From: Candidatus Eremiobacteria bacterium
GTDB lineage: Bacteria > Vulcanimicrobiota > Vulcanimicrobiia > Vulcanimicrobiales > Vulcanimicrobiaceae
Length of the DNA stretch: 64,000 nucleotides
Direction of reading: 5' to 3'
Assembly (NCBI GenBank): GCA_963758295.1
Contig: CAVWUU010000004.1
Location: 1,184,001 to 1,248,000 of the forward strand
The notes beneath the pieces were generated by a model. That model saw only the letters and a program-made list of their open reading frames with translations, ran no database searches and was not told the DNA's origin. The position numbers and the translations under genes were made by a program. Below are positions 28,201 through 37,393 of this stretch, piece by piece (the stretch's first letter is position 1; each line of letters begins with the position of its first letter).

Positions 28201-28761
28201 CATTCCGCGATCGAATTCGCGCACTATGCCCGCGATGGAGGCTTTCAGCTCGAGCAGATCTTGCATCGTCTCGAGCAGCAGCACGTCCGCGCCGCCGTCG
28301 ACCAACGCTCGTGATTGTTCGGCGTAAAGATCGACAAGCTGTTCGAACGTGATTTTCGAGAGCGACGGATCGGACGAAGAGATCAGCATGCCCGTCGGAC
28401 CAATCGAGCCCGCGACGAAACGCGGCCGGTCTTTCGTCGAAGCAGCATCGCACGCGTCGCGGGCGATTTCGGCGGCCCGGCGGTTTATTTCGTACGTCTT
28501 TTCGCCGAGCTCGTATTCATCGAGTTTCAGACGCGACGCGGTAAACGAGTCGCTTTCCACGACGTCGGCGCCGGCTTCCAAATAGGCGGCATGAATGGAG
28601 CGGACGACGTCCGGCCGCGTGAGAACGAGCGCCTCGTTGCAACCCGCATAACGCTCGCCGCCGAAATCGGCAGCAGATAAGTCAAGCGCCATGAGCTGAG
28701 TGCCCATGGCGCCGTCGTAAATCAAGACCCGCTCGGTGAGCAGGCGCAGATAGTCACGCAA
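25291..28761 (-). CDS. metH: Cobalamin-dependent methionine synthase
   Basis: DGAMGT, GLNCSTGP, GGCCGTTP, GDVHDIGKNLV, RYSWGYGACPDL; 1156 aa. Confidence 0.96.
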   Translation of the reverse strand: MRDYLRLLTERVLIYDGAMGTQLMALDLSAADFGGERYAGCNEALVLTRPDVVRSIHAAYLEAGADVVESDSFTASRLKLDEYELGEKTYEINRRAAEIARDACDAASTKDRPRFVAGSIGPTGMLISSSDPSLSKITFEQLVDLYAEQSRALVDGGADVLLLETMQDLLELKASIAGIVREFDRGMRRVPIQAQPTLITEGRMLLGTDIRSICSTLDALPVDVIGLNCSTGPAQMRDSIRYLADNSRCFISVIPNAGLPLMGPKGETIYPETPEELARELAEFVREFGVNVIGGCCGTTPQHIALLRAAVDEIGRPGRQPQPKPVQFAASAMTATSLEQEPRPLLVGERINSQGSRKMKRLLLEDNYDEIVLVAREQVEAGAHVLDICCALTERTDEDVQMREIVRRLAQSIEAPLMIDSTEPRVMQTALENYPGRAILNSVHLEAGRTKVDVILPLAKLHGAAVVALTIDESGMAKTAQRKVEVARRIYDIVVGEYGIPAGALIFDDLTFTLATGDAEFANSAVETIEGIRLIKRELPGVLTSLGVSNVSFGLKAAARAALNSVFLHHCVQAGLDAALVHAKEITPYAEIDTEVRDLCDDLVFNRRPDALARLIDRFEGHDASQQATNEAIDAEADLPIEQQIHNAILRRRKDGIEAKIDTALETREAVAVLNEILLPAMKDVGDKFGAGELILPFVLQSAEVMKKAVAHLEQFLEKKEGATKGTVVLATVFGDVHDIGKNLVNTILTNNGYTVHDLGKQVPMNTILQKAVEVHADAIGLSALLVSTSKQMPICVQEQDARGLKFPVIVGGAAINRDFGRRIALLDEGERFFSPGLFYAKDAFEGLEIMDRLTAKPEERDAFVERMRNEAVKHRDKVRVPAADVSTEPVISFVKSELADIPEPPFWGARTLSSVDVRELWPCFDLKSLYRLSWGASNTKGDAFDSLVRQEFEPRLEAYQREAMTDGLLRPRVAYGYFPAAGVGNDVIVYDPEDRTREIARFPFARQVGGDHLSLADYVRAPENGRAVDTIALQVVTIGTDAARRTEALHHGGDYSESYFLHGFTVQSAEALAEWTHRRVRTELRLDQERGKRYSWGYGACPDLSQHETVFRLLDATNRIGVTLTEAFQMVPEQSTAAIVMHHPRAAYFNAAAIR

Positions 28762-29799
28762 TTAAGTTCGACTACTCGCTTCTAAGACGGCGAAGTTAGG
28801 GGTGACGTGGATCTCTCCGACGCGACGCCCAGCACGATTATACACGATGGGATGCGCGAAGGCACGGAGTTCTGTCGCCTGCTCCGCCGTCAAAGCGTCG
28901 AGCCGTTCCAACGCAGCCATGGTCACCGGCGCGCGGCCGCGGCTTGAACCATCTATCACTTTGCTTGCATAGCCCACGCCTCCCGGCACGAACGAAGCCC
29001 CGTGCACGCCTTCGGCACCGGCCTTACAAGCAACCGAACCGCCCGCAACTCGCATCAGCTCCGTATCGAATTCTTTCGTTCCGCTCACATATTCGGGATG
29101 AGAAATCATCGCGTCGCGCACCACCAGCAGCGCCATGGCGTCGCGTTTCTCCAAGCCCTGGAGCGAGGCGAAGCGTGCGAATGCGAGCGCGGCCTTTCGA
29201 AGGGTCGTCGCATAGACGGGAATCCCACACCCGTCAACCCCGAGCGGCCACGACGACGGATCGTCGTCCGACATGCGCGCGCAGAAGGCGAGAATCCGTT
29301 GCTGCACGGGATTTTCCAGATCCAGATACGTTGAGATATCGGCGCCGATGACTTTACACAAGGCCAGAATCCCCGCGTGTTTGCCGGAGCAATTGTTGTG
29401 GACGCGGCTGGGTTCTTCGCCCGCGCGTAAGAGCGCGTGCGATGCTGCTTCGTTGTAGGGAAGATGCGCGCCGCACTGAAGCGCCGACTCATCGAGCCCG
29501 ATCTTTTTCAAAATCGAACGAACGGCTTTCACATGGAACGGTTCGCCGGAATGCGACGCCGCCATAACGGCGATTTCGCGCATATCGAGCCCGAAGGCTT
29601 CACGCACTCCCGCTTCGATGGCGGCCGCCGCAATGAACGGTTTAGCCGTGGAGCGCAGGAACACCGGCGTATCGATTTCGCCGGCGGAGAAAAGGATATC
29701 GCCGCGCGCATTGGACGCGCACGCGGCGACATGATGAATCGACTCGACGAGGCCGCCTCGCGTAACCTCGACGATGGGTTGTCCTTGGAGTTCGTGCAA
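28762..29799 (-). CDS. Asparaginase II (rhizobial AnsA-type)
   Basis: RGGLVES.H, RSTAKP, ASHSGE, HNNCSGKH, DGCG.P, K.GAEGV. Confidence 0.88.
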   Translation of the reverse strand: MHELQGQPIVEVTRGGLVESIHHVAACASNARGDILFSAGEIDTPVFLRSTAKPFIAAAAIEAGVREAFGLDMREIAVMAASHSGEPFHVKAVRSILKKIGLDESALQCGAHLPYNEAASHALLRAGEEPSRVHNNCSGKHAGILALCKVIGADISTYLDLENPVQQRILAFCARMSDDDPSSWPLGVDGCGIPVYATTLRKAALAFARFASLQGLEKRDAMALLVVRDAMISHPEYVSGTKEFDTELMRVAGGSVACKAGAEGVHGASFVPGGVGYASKVIDGSSRGRAPVTMAALERLDALTAEQATELRAFAHPIVYNRAGRRVGEIHVTPNFAVLEASSRT

Positions 29800-29811
29800 C
29801 GGCGGTGTTGG

Positions 29812-30777
29812 TTATCCTACAAGAGCTGGTTCGACGACGACTGCTTCCTGATCGGAGAAGACCGGATTGCTCAGATACCGTTCGCCGGTATCACAGCCAA
29901 TCGTCACAATAGTCTTGCCTTTCGACTCCGGGCGCGCAGCTACTTGCAGCGCCGCCCAGATGTTCGCGCCGGCCGAAATTCCGACCAGCATCCCTTCTTC
30001 GCGCGCCGCCCGCCGTGCCGTTGCTATCGCATCGGCATCCGTGACTCTGATGACTTCGTCGTAGACGCTTGTGTCCAGCACCTTCGGAACGAACCCGGTT
30101 CCCGTGCCCTGAATCTTGTGCGGACCGGGGCTCCCGCCCGAAAGCACCGGCGACCCGTCGGGCTCACCGGCGATGATCTTGATTCCGGGCTTCCGCTCTT
30201 TGAGCACCTCACCGACGCCGCTGATCGTGCCGCCGGTGCCGACCATCGCCACAAAGACGTCGATGGCGCCGTCCGTGTCGCGCCAGATCTCCTCGGCAGT
30301 CGTCCGGCGGTGCACTTCCGGATTCGCCGGATTTTCGAACTGCTGCGGGATGAAGAATTTCGCAGGGTCGGTTGCTTGAATCTCGGTCGCCTTGGCGATG
30401 GCGGCTTTCATGCCGTCGGCCCCCGGCGTGAGAACGACTTGCGCGCCATAGGCCTTCAATAGATTCCGCCGTTCGACGGTCATTGTGTCCGGCATAACGA
30501 GAATGCATTGGTAGCCCTTCGCGGCGGCCACAAAGGCCAGCGCGATGCCGGTGTTGCCGCTCGTCGGCTCCAGGATCTTCATCCCGGGAAGCAGGCGCCC
30601 GTCACGCTCGGCGGCTTCGATCATCGAAACGCCGATACGGTCCTTTACGGAACCGGCGGGATTGAACGACTCCATTTTGACCAGGACAGTTCCCGGCAGT
30701 CCCTTATTGAGACGCGGGATCTTTACGAGGGGCGTATTGCCGAACGTATCGGCAAGGTTTTCGTAAATTCGTGCCAT
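29812..30777 (-). CDS. cysK: Cysteine synthase A
   Basis: [43 protein letters not shown]. Confidence 0.95.
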   Translation of the reverse strand: MARIYENLADTFGNTPLVKIPRLNKGLPGTVLVKMESFNPAGSVKDRIGVSMIEAAERDGRLLPGMKILEPTSGNTGIALAFVAAAKGYQCILVMPDTMTVERRNLLKAYGAQVVLTPGADGMKAAIAKATEIQATDPAKFFIPQQFENPANPEVHRRTTAEEIWRDTDGAIDVFVAMVGTGGTISGVGEVLKERKPGIKIIAGEPDGSPVLSGGSPGPHKIQGTGTGFVPKVLDTSVYDEVIRVTDADAIATARRAAREEGMLVGISAGANIWAALQVAARPESKGKTIVTIGCDTGERYLSNPVFSDQEAVVVEPALVG

Positions 30778-30867
30778 TGTGTTTTCTACAAACCCCTCGT
30801 TCGGCTCAGAGTTTTCGCATCATAACAAGCACCCTGCTCGCCTTGCAAAGGTCGGATTGCCCGGTGC

Positions 30868-30881
30868 CGAACAATCGTTCG
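30868..30881. promoter_or_regulatory. LexA (SOS) box of the Gram-positive type, CGAAC-N4-GTTCG
   Basis: cgaacaatcgttcg, 4 nt upstream of the exonuclease start codon. Confidence 0.8.
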
Positions 30882-30885
30882 CACC

Positions 30886-31911
30886 GTGTTCTCCCTCGCC
30901 GAAAAATCGCTGTATGTCGACGCGCTCGACCTGTGGATCGACAGCATGCGCTCGCGCACGCGCTGTTACGTTTCGCACGGCCATAGCGACCATGCACGCG
31001 AACACGACGTCGTCATAGCCACCCCGAACACGGCGCGCATTTGTCATTCGCGATTCGCGCGGCGGCGCGAGGCCTCGCCGCAGCTATCGCTAATCGCCCG
31101 CTTCGAGCGTCCGCCCGTCGCCGTGCAGTTCGAGGAGCACCATTTCAACGAGCCGTGGCTGGAAGGCGGCCACCGCCTGACGCTCTTCTCCGCGGGGCAC
31201 GTGCTGGGCAGCTCTCAGTTGCTCATCGAAGGCGAACGCGGCCGGTTCGTTTACACCGGCGACTTCAAACTGACGCCGTCGCTCACCGTTGAGCCGCCCG
31301 AAGTCAAAGAATGCGACGTCGTCTTGATGGAGTGCACCTATGGACGCCCGCAGTACGTCTTTCCGGCGCGCGAAGAAGTCGCTGGAGAAATGATCGTCTT
31401 TGCGCGCAGCGCGCTCGAGTCGGGAGCCGTCCCGGTCTTTTTCGCGTATTCGCTCGGTAAAGCGCAAGAAGCCATGGCGATTTTAGGCAAGGCCGGCATT
31501 CCGCTAACCGTGCACGGCGCCGTCGATACGCTGGCGCGCGTTTATCGCGACTGCGGCGTCGAGCTTCCGCCCTTCGAACGCTATGACGCGCTGCGTTTCA
31601 ACACGGATTCTGCTTTGATTTGGCCGCCGGGCGGCAAGGCCTTACCGAAAGCGCTGCGAGGAAAAGAGGTTCGCACGGCCGTTCTTACCGGCTGGTCGCT
31701 CGATCGCGGAGCGCTTTTTCGGTACGGCACGCAACGCGGGTTCGCACTCTCGGATCATGCCGACTATCCGTCGCTTCTTCGTTACATCGAACTAGCGAAG
31801 CCGAAGAAAGTGTTATTGGTGCACGGGTGGCGAGACTTCGTGCACCGATTGCGCGCACAAGGCATCGACGCCGAGTACCTCGAGCACAACCCCCAGCTCT
31901 CGCTCTTCTAA
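30886..31911 (+). CDS. DNA-ligase-associated MBL/beta-CASP exonuclease
   Basis: SHGHSDH, SAGHVLGS, YTGDFK, ECTYG.P, AYSLGKAQ, LSDHADY; C-terminal QLSLF. Confidence 0.88.
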   Translation: MFSLAEKSLYVDALDLWIDSMRSRTRCYVSHGHSDHAREHDVVIATPNTARICHSRFARRREASPQLSLIARFERPPVAVQFEEHHFNEPWLEGGHRLTLFSAGHVLGSSQLLIEGERGRFVYTGDFKLTPSLTVEPPEVKECDVVLMECTYGRPQYVFPAREEVAGEMIVFARSALESGAVPVFFAYSLGKAQEAMAILGKAGIPLTVHGAVDTLARVYRDCGVELPPFERYDALRFNTDSALIWPPGGKALPKALRGKEVRTAVLTGWSLDRGALFRYGTQRGFALSDHADYPSLLRYIELAKPKKVLLVHGWRDFVHRLRAQGIDAEYLEHNPQLSLF

Positions 31912-32300
31912 GAGTCGGGTTTTTTCTTTCCGGCCCTTCGCGCAGCGCGTGCATCGCCGATGTGCGTCACTTTTTCGGAAACGGCCTCGGGTTGCGATCC
32001 CTTGAGCGCCTCTAATTCGTCTTCGCAAAACTCTTTGAAGTAGGAGTCGCGAAGATTATCCAGCCGCATGTCGCTTACCGTGCGCGTGCCGTCGCCGCGG
32101 AAGACCTCCAACGACCGAAGAAACGGGATGTAGCGCGCCATTCTCGACATGCGCCAGTCGGTCAATTTCCACTTGTTGGACGCCATGTATTCGTAGTCGT
32201 ATGGCGGCAGCGTCGACGCCTTTGCGCCGAGCGGCGTTAGCTTCACCCGAAAGCCTTCGCGATTGAAGATTGCCTCTTCGACTTGTTTGATCGTCGCCAT
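31908..32300 (-). CDS. Hypothetical protein
   Basis: 130-aa ORF with typical codon usage, directly downstream of the Lrp/AsnC-domain gene. Confidence 0.7.
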   Translation of the reverse strand: MATIKQVEEAIFNREGFRVKLTPLGAKASTLPPYDYEYMASNKWKLTDWRMSRMARYIPFLRSLEVFRGDGTRTVSDMRLDNLRDSYFKEFCEDELEALKGSQPEAVSEKVTHIGDARAARRAGKKKPDS

Positions 32301-32313
32301 TGTTTATACGCCG

Positions 32314-32592
32314 CTAGTCGACGCCGATGTCCCACAACAGGCCAAGATCTTTTTTGGCGAACGTCTTAAACGCAATTAACGTCTCCGTGCTATCGATTCC
32401 GTCTAGTGCGGCAATTCGCTCGGTCACAAGATCGTTGAGTGCCTCGTGTTCCCTAACGCGCACAACCGCAATCATGTCGAACGGTCCCGCGACCGAGTAG
32501 ACCTCGGCGATGCCCTCGATGGCCAGTAAATCGTCCGCGATCGATTTCAGCCGTGGGCGCTCCACGTTCATGAGTATGAATGCCGTAACCAT
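32314..32592 (-). CDS. Stand-alone Lrp/AsnC ligand-binding (RAM) domain protein
   Basis: MVTAFILM.VE...I.GIAEVYSVAGPFD.IA.VRV...I..LDGI.STETLIAF; no HTH. Confidence 0.88.
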   Translation of the reverse strand: MVTAFILMNVERPRLKSIADDLLAIEGIAEVYSVAGPFDMIAVVRVREHEALNDLVTERIAALDGIDSTETLIAFKTFAKKDLGLLWDIGVD

Positions 32593-32695
32593 GACAGCCG
32601 CTTCGATTTCCGAATCGCTGCCGCCCGCCTGGCGGAAGCCCTGGCGATTGGCGGTTCGGAAGAGTGGAAAAACTCTATAGAGCCGTGGGCTTTCG

Positions 32696-33307
32696 ATGAG
32701 CGCTGGAATGTTCGTACTATCCGTAACGATGGCAGTAGGCATCGCCACCGCGCTGCCGGCCCGCGGCCTGCCGCCCCTCGCGCAGGTTCCGCTCTTCACG
32801 CGCCTCGCGCAAGATCAGGTACGGGGCTATGTGGCGCCGGTCACGCTCAATGTAGCGTTGCATCGATTCATTTTCACCTTTCACTTTCACCTGACCGGCA
32901 CGGTCACCTATTCCGCTCCGGACAAAGTGACTTTCAAGATCCAGCGCGTTCCGCAACAGTATCAGCATTTGTTCAACGACCTCGGAACGCCGTTAACGTG
33001 GCCGCAACTCTACCGGCTTTCCGTCACCGGACGGGTAGAAGTCGACGGGAAGCCCGGGCTTTCTTTGGAGGGCGCCCCGAAGAAGAAAACGGAAGTCGAA
33101 ATCATGGAGCTCCAAACCAGCGACGCCGTTTCTCCCATCCATGCTCAATGGACGCTGAACGACGGCTGGAGCGTTAAGTCGGTGATCACGGAAAAGGCCA
33201 CCGGCGTATACCTTTTCCCCGCAACGGAGATTGCGGATATCGCCGGGCACGGCTATAAAATTCACACCGAAATGACGTATGGCGCCTATGCACTGAGCCC
33301 GCGATGA
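32696..33307 (+). CDS. Exported hypothetical protein (beta-rich)
   Basis: Hydrophobic N-terminus; ATGA overlap with the ligase; start uncertain. Confidence 0.65.
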   Translation: MSAGMFVLSVTMAVGIATALPARGLPPLAQVPLFTRLAQDQVRGYVAPVTLNVALHRFIFTFHFHLTGTVTYSAPDKVTFKIQRVPQQYQHLFNDLGTPLTWPQLYRLSVTGRVEVDGKPGLSLEGAPKKKTEVEIMELQTSDAVSPIHAQWTLNDGWSVKSVITEKATGVYLFPATEIADIAGHGYKIHTEMTYGAYALSPR

Positions 33308-34983
33308 TCGAGTTCGCCCGAACGTGTCAGGCCATCGCTGCTACCGGCAGCAAAATCACGAAGGTTGAAACGCTGGCAGCATATTTTCGCAATCGTAACG
33401 ACGCTGATTTGGAAGCTTCGGCTCGCTTCTTCACGGGAAATCCGTTCGCCGCGCGGGATCAACGGTCGCTGAATCTTGGCGGGCGCGGCATCATAGCCGT
33501 CGCGGCGCGGGTATGGGGAATCACCTCTTCCGAACTTTCCTCCGGCTATCGCGAAACGGGCGATTTAGGAAGCGCGCTCGGGCCGCTCGTGCGTCCGTCC
33601 GGCGAATTGCAGCTTTTCGAGGAAGATTCTCTAACGCCGGCCGTGCTGAAAAGACGCTTTGATGAAATCTCCGCTGCCTCTGGAAAAAACGCCGGTAAAC
33701 GACGCGAAACAATCCTTGAATCCATCCTTCGCAGCTGTACCGACCCGTTCGAAGCGACGTACGTCATAAAAATCGTGACGGGCGATCTGCGCATCGGGCT
33801 TCGCGAAGGGCTCGTGCACGACGCCGTTGCCGCAGCATTCGAAACCACGTACCGCGACGTGCACCGCGCGGTAATGGCAAGCGGCGACATCGGTGAAGTC
33901 GCGGTTGCGGCGAAGCATCGTCGTCTCGATCGGATTCATGTGGCATACGGCTCACCGGTCGGGATCATGCTTGCATCACCGGTTCCCTACGGCGACGCCT
34001 ACAAGGACCTCGCGGGCTACGAGTGGGTCGTGGAAGATAAGTACGACGGGATTCGCGCGCAGGCTCACGTGCACGACGGCCGCGTGCAACTCTTCACGCG
34101 CGCGCTCAATGACGTTACGCATTCGTATCCTGAGATCGTGCGCGCACTGGAAACGCAATCGCGGCGGATGATCCTCGATGGAGAAATAGTCGCATCGCGA
34201 GACGGCAAACTCTTGCCCTTCCGGATTCTTCAAGCCAGACTGCAGCGCAAAGAAATCGATCCGTCGCTGCTCGAGGGCGTCCCGCTAAGCTACGTCATCT
34301 TCGACGCGCTTGCCATCGACGACGAATTCCTGATCGACGAACCGCTGCTCGGTCGCCGCGAACGATTGGCCGCAGCTCTTCAGCCCCATGAAAACGTCAT
34401 CCTCGCTCCCTTTGAGGCGCTGGAAAAAACGGCTCCGGCAGAAGCCGTCAACGAACGTTTCGAAGCGGCGCGGGCTCGCGGAAACGAAGGCCTGATCTTC
34501 AAACGCACCGACGCTCCTTACGTGCCCGGGCGCCGGGGCAAGTGGTGGCTCAAGCTTAAACGCGAGCTGACGACGCTTGACGTTGTTGTCGTTGCCGTGG
34601 AATGGGGGCATGGCAGGCGCGCGAAGGTGCTATCGGATTACACCTTCGCGGTGCAAGACGATGAAGGCAACCTCCTGACGATCGGCAAGGCCTATTCCGG
34701 TTTAACCGACGTGGAAATCGCCGAGATGACGCAGTGGTTTCTCGCGCACCAGCGGGGAAAACGCGGCTACGCCATTTCCGTCGATCCGGAGGTCGTGCTG
34801 GAAGTCGCCTTCGATATCGTCCAGCGCAGCGAACTCCACGAAAGCGGCTACGCGCTACGCTTTCCACGCATCGTGCGCATCCGCGACGACAAACCCGTTT
34901 CGCAAATCAACACGGTGGCCGACGTCGATGAAATCTACCGCGAGATGCTGGCCCGCGAAGGGATCGACGACACGAGCGCTTAG
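33304..34983 (+). CDS. lig: ATP-dependent DNA ligase with N-terminal DNA-binding domain
   Basis: Motif I EDKYDGIR, LDGEIV, FDAL, EGLIFK, WLKLK, LRFPR..R.R.DK. Confidence 0.94.
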   Translation: MIEFARTCQAIAATGSKITKVETLAAYFRNRNDADLEASARFFTGNPFAARDQRSLNLGGRGIIAVAARVWGITSSELSSGYRETGDLGSALGPLVRPSGELQLFEEDSLTPAVLKRRFDEISAASGKNAGKRRETILESILRSCTDPFEATYVIKIVTGDLRIGLREGLVHDAVAAAFETTYRDVHRAVMASGDIGEVAVAAKHRRLDRIHVAYGSPVGIMLASPVPYGDAYKDLAGYEWVVEDKYDGIRAQAHVHDGRVQLFTRALNDVTHSYPEIVRALETQSRRMILDGEIVASRDGKLLPFRILQARLQRKEIDPSLLEGVPLSYVIFDALAIDDEFLIDEPLLGRRERLAAALQPHENVILAPFEALEKTAPAEAVNERFEAARARGNEGLIFKRTDAPYVPGRRGKWWLKLKRELTTLDVVVVAVEWGHGRRAKVLSDYTFAVQDDEGNLLTIGKAYSGLTDVEIAEMTQWFLAHQRGKRGYAISVDPEVVLEVAFDIVQRSELHESGYALRFPRIVRIRDDKPVSQINTVADVDEIYREMLAREGIDDTSA

Positions 34984-34993
34984 GGCACGGCTT

Positions 34994-35314
34994 TTAAACT
35001 CCGAGCTTGCCGAGAATTCCTTGGGCAAATTGCGGTGCGAAATGTTGAATGATTTGCGGATTGTTCTTGATCAACTCCACGACGGCGCCTTTTGCAGCAT
35101 CGGGATTGCTCTGGGCCTGCGTGATGACTCCCTGAATTTGCGAGGCAAGATCGCCTTGTCCGTTTTGCTGCGCGTTTTGCGCCGCGGTTTGCAGATGATC
35201 GGTGAGCTGGCCGGAATCCATGGAGTTCACATGCTCGCTTGCGGCGTCACCGAGTGCCTGTCGATCTACGTTGCCGCTCGTAACTTGTCCGATTAGATTC
35301 TTAAGGTCGTTCAT
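34994..35314 (-). CDS. Gln-rich hypothetical protein
   Basis: 106-aa ORF with a GAGGAG SD. Confidence 0.75.
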   Translation of the reverse strand: MNDLKNLIGQVTSGNVDRQALGDAASEHVNSMDSGQLTDHLQTAAQNAQQNGQGDLASQIQGVITQAQSNPDAAKGAVVELIKNNPQIIQHFAPQFAQGILGKLGV

Positions 35315-35392
35315 GTCGCACCGCTCCTCACTTTCGGTCCCTAACGGCTATACCCAGCGCTTCTCGCAAAGCGGGCAGTTCTCAAGGGAGCC

Positions 35393-35626
35393 CTAGCGAG
35401 GTTTCTCGCGGCCACGTCCTTCACGGATTCGCCGTGCGCGCGCGGCCGCATCGAATCCACTCACCGGGCGACGCTGCGTGAGTGCCGCTCGTAACCGTGA
35501 AACGCCGACCACCAAGATCAATAGAATCGCGGCAAGTGCGAAGAACAACCGCGATCTCGTGGGCAGCGCTGCTGCGCTCGCGAGAATGACCGCGAGCAGC
35601 GCTGCAAGCGTCTCCCAGCGACGCAC
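35393..35626 (-). CDS. Small membrane protein
   Basis: Two hydrophobic segments and a basic tail; 6 nt downstream of the DUF885 gene. Confidence 0.6.
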   Translation of the reverse strand: MRRWETLAALLAVILASAAALPTRSRLFFALAAILLILVVGVSRLRAALTQRRPVSGFDAAARARRIREGRGREKPR

Positions 35627-35632
35627 GAAGTC

Positions 35633-37357
35633 TTAGAGCGGCTTCCCGTCGTCCTGCGCGCCGAGCAGCAGCGGACGAATGTACGGAATCGGCGGATCTC
35701 CGTGGGCGAGAAACGCATCGTGAAACTTCTGAATCGTGAATGCGGGGCCAAGCTTTTTCTTGTAGTCTTCGCGCAGCTTCAGGATCATGAGCTTGCCGAG
35801 GGTGTAGTATCCGTACATCGGGTCCTGCGTTCCGCGCAACGATTCGCCCACCGCGATTTGCGGCGTTTGGAAGCATTCATCGGTGAACGCCTTCTCTGCT
35901 TGTTGGATCGTCATGCCTTGCGTATGAAGTTTGACGCCGACCACGTAACGGCAATTGCGAAGGAGCGCTTCATCCAACTGCGCCAGTCGTACTTTGGGGT
36001 CGCCGTTGCCCCAGCCTTCGTCCACCATCATCTGCTCGTCATAGTGCGCCCAGCCTTCGGCAAATTCCGAAGTCTGCGAAAGCATGCGAGTGAGGCTTAG
36101 TTTGAGATGCCGGTCGATCGCAAAATTCGTGAAGTGACCGGGATAGACTTCGTGCAGCGAAATGATCGGAAATTCGTAGTCGTTGAATTCCGCCAGAAAA
36201 TCTTCTTTCTGCTTGGCGGTCCACGCCGGATCAACGGGGGTAACGTAGTAGTACGCTTGCGTGGCGACCGTCTCGAGCGGTCCGGGAGAGTCTTCGGCAG
36301 CTTCCGTCGTCGCGCGTTCGAACGGCGGCGTATCGATGACCCTGATGTTTGCGTCGGCCGGAAGAGTCACCAAGTGTTTCGCTTCTACGAAAGCGCGAAG
36401 TTGCACCAGATCGCTCTGCGCCTTCGCGCGCAGGTTTTCCGGCGTGGGATGTTTCTTCGTGATCGAGAGGTAGACGTCGAGCGGCTTGGCCTTCGGATCG
36501 ATTTGCTTCGCGACGGCGATGAACCGCGCGCGTGTTTCGTCGAGCGCCCGCTGGCCGATTGCAAGATATTGGGAGACGGGCATGTTCAAGCCGTCTTCGT
36601 ACTGCAGCCGCTTCTCGTACGCCGCCGTGCCGATTGCGAACGTGCCGGAAGGCTTCAGTGTCTTGATCCACGCCGCATAAGAACCCACCGCCTTAGCCGC
36701 GGCCGCGTTCGCGCTCTTGAGCTGCGCTTGAAGATTCGCATCCTTCACATCGGAGAACGCTTCCGGCACGCTCTCCGTGAAGAAGCTCACCGAACCGGCC
36801 GCGTCTTCTGCCGCAATGCGTAGCGTTACAGCATCGACCGATGTAATGTTTTGCTTCGCTTGCGCGAGCATCGGCGGAATCTGCCGCTCCCGCGATACGG
36901 CATACTTGAGGCGCGTAGCCGCCGGCGCGTACTCGCGCTCCATTATGGTGAATATCGCGCCGCTTGCGATCTGCACGTAGAGGTCGGGATTGTGCCGCCA
37001 CGACGCGAGCGTTTGCGTTTGCAATAAGTCGTCGCGAAGCTGATTTTCCAGCAACTGCGCGTCGATCTTGACTTCGGGCGACAGAGCCGCCCGGTCGATC
37101 CCCTTTAATTTCGCGAGATACGCGTTGTCGCGCGCGATGCCGGCCGCGAACGCTTTCGATGAATAGTCGCCGAGCTCGGCGTCGTACGCGTGATATCCGC
37201 GCGACGTGGCGTCGATCGGATCCAGTTTGAAACCGCTGTACCAATAGTTATGCGCGAGCGCGTTGAACTGCGCGTCGGCAGAGCCGCCCGGCGCGGGCGC
37301 AGCCGCGCCTAGCAAAACAGCCGTCAGCGCGGCGCTAAACAAACGAAGCCTCAGCAT
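35633..37357 (-). CDS. DUF885 family exported protein
   Basis: Signal peptide; HEVYPGH, FAEGWAHY.E, YGYYTLGKL.I.KLR, FHD.FL. Confidence 0.9.
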   Translation of the reverse strand: MLRLRLFSAALTAVLLGAAAPAPGGSADAQFNALAHNYWYSGFKLDPIDATSRGYHAYDAELGDYSSKAFAAGIARDNAYLAKLKGIDRAALSPEVKIDAQLLENQLRDDLLQTQTLASWRHNPDLYVQIASGAIFTIMEREYAPAATRLKYAVSRERQIPPMLAQAKQNITSVDAVTLRIAAEDAAGSVSFFTESVPEAFSDVKDANLQAQLKSANAAAAKAVGSYAAWIKTLKPSGTFAIGTAAYEKRLQYEDGLNMPVSQYLAIGQRALDETRARFIAVAKQIDPKAKPLDVYLSITKKHPTPENLRAKAQSDLVQLRAFVEAKHLVTLPADANIRVIDTPPFERATTEAAEDSPGPLETVATQAYYYVTPVDPAWTAKQKEDFLAEFNDYEFPIISLHEVYPGHFTNFAIDRHLKLSLTRMLSQTSEFAEGWAHYDEQMMVDEGWGNGDPKVRLAQLDEALLRNCRYVVGVKLHTQGMTIQQAEKAFTDECFQTPQIAVGESLRGTQDPMYGYYTLGKLMILKLREDYKKKLGPAFTIQKFHDAFLAHGDPPIPYIRPLLLGAQDDGKPL

Positions 37358-37393
37358 ACGCCGAGGCTTCGCTCTAATGGTCTTATGCCCTCG

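Noticed and set aside
32645..32658. Possible SOS box CGATTggcgGTTCG upstream of the ligase unit
   Set aside because: Two mismatches in one half-site; cannot be distinguished from chance
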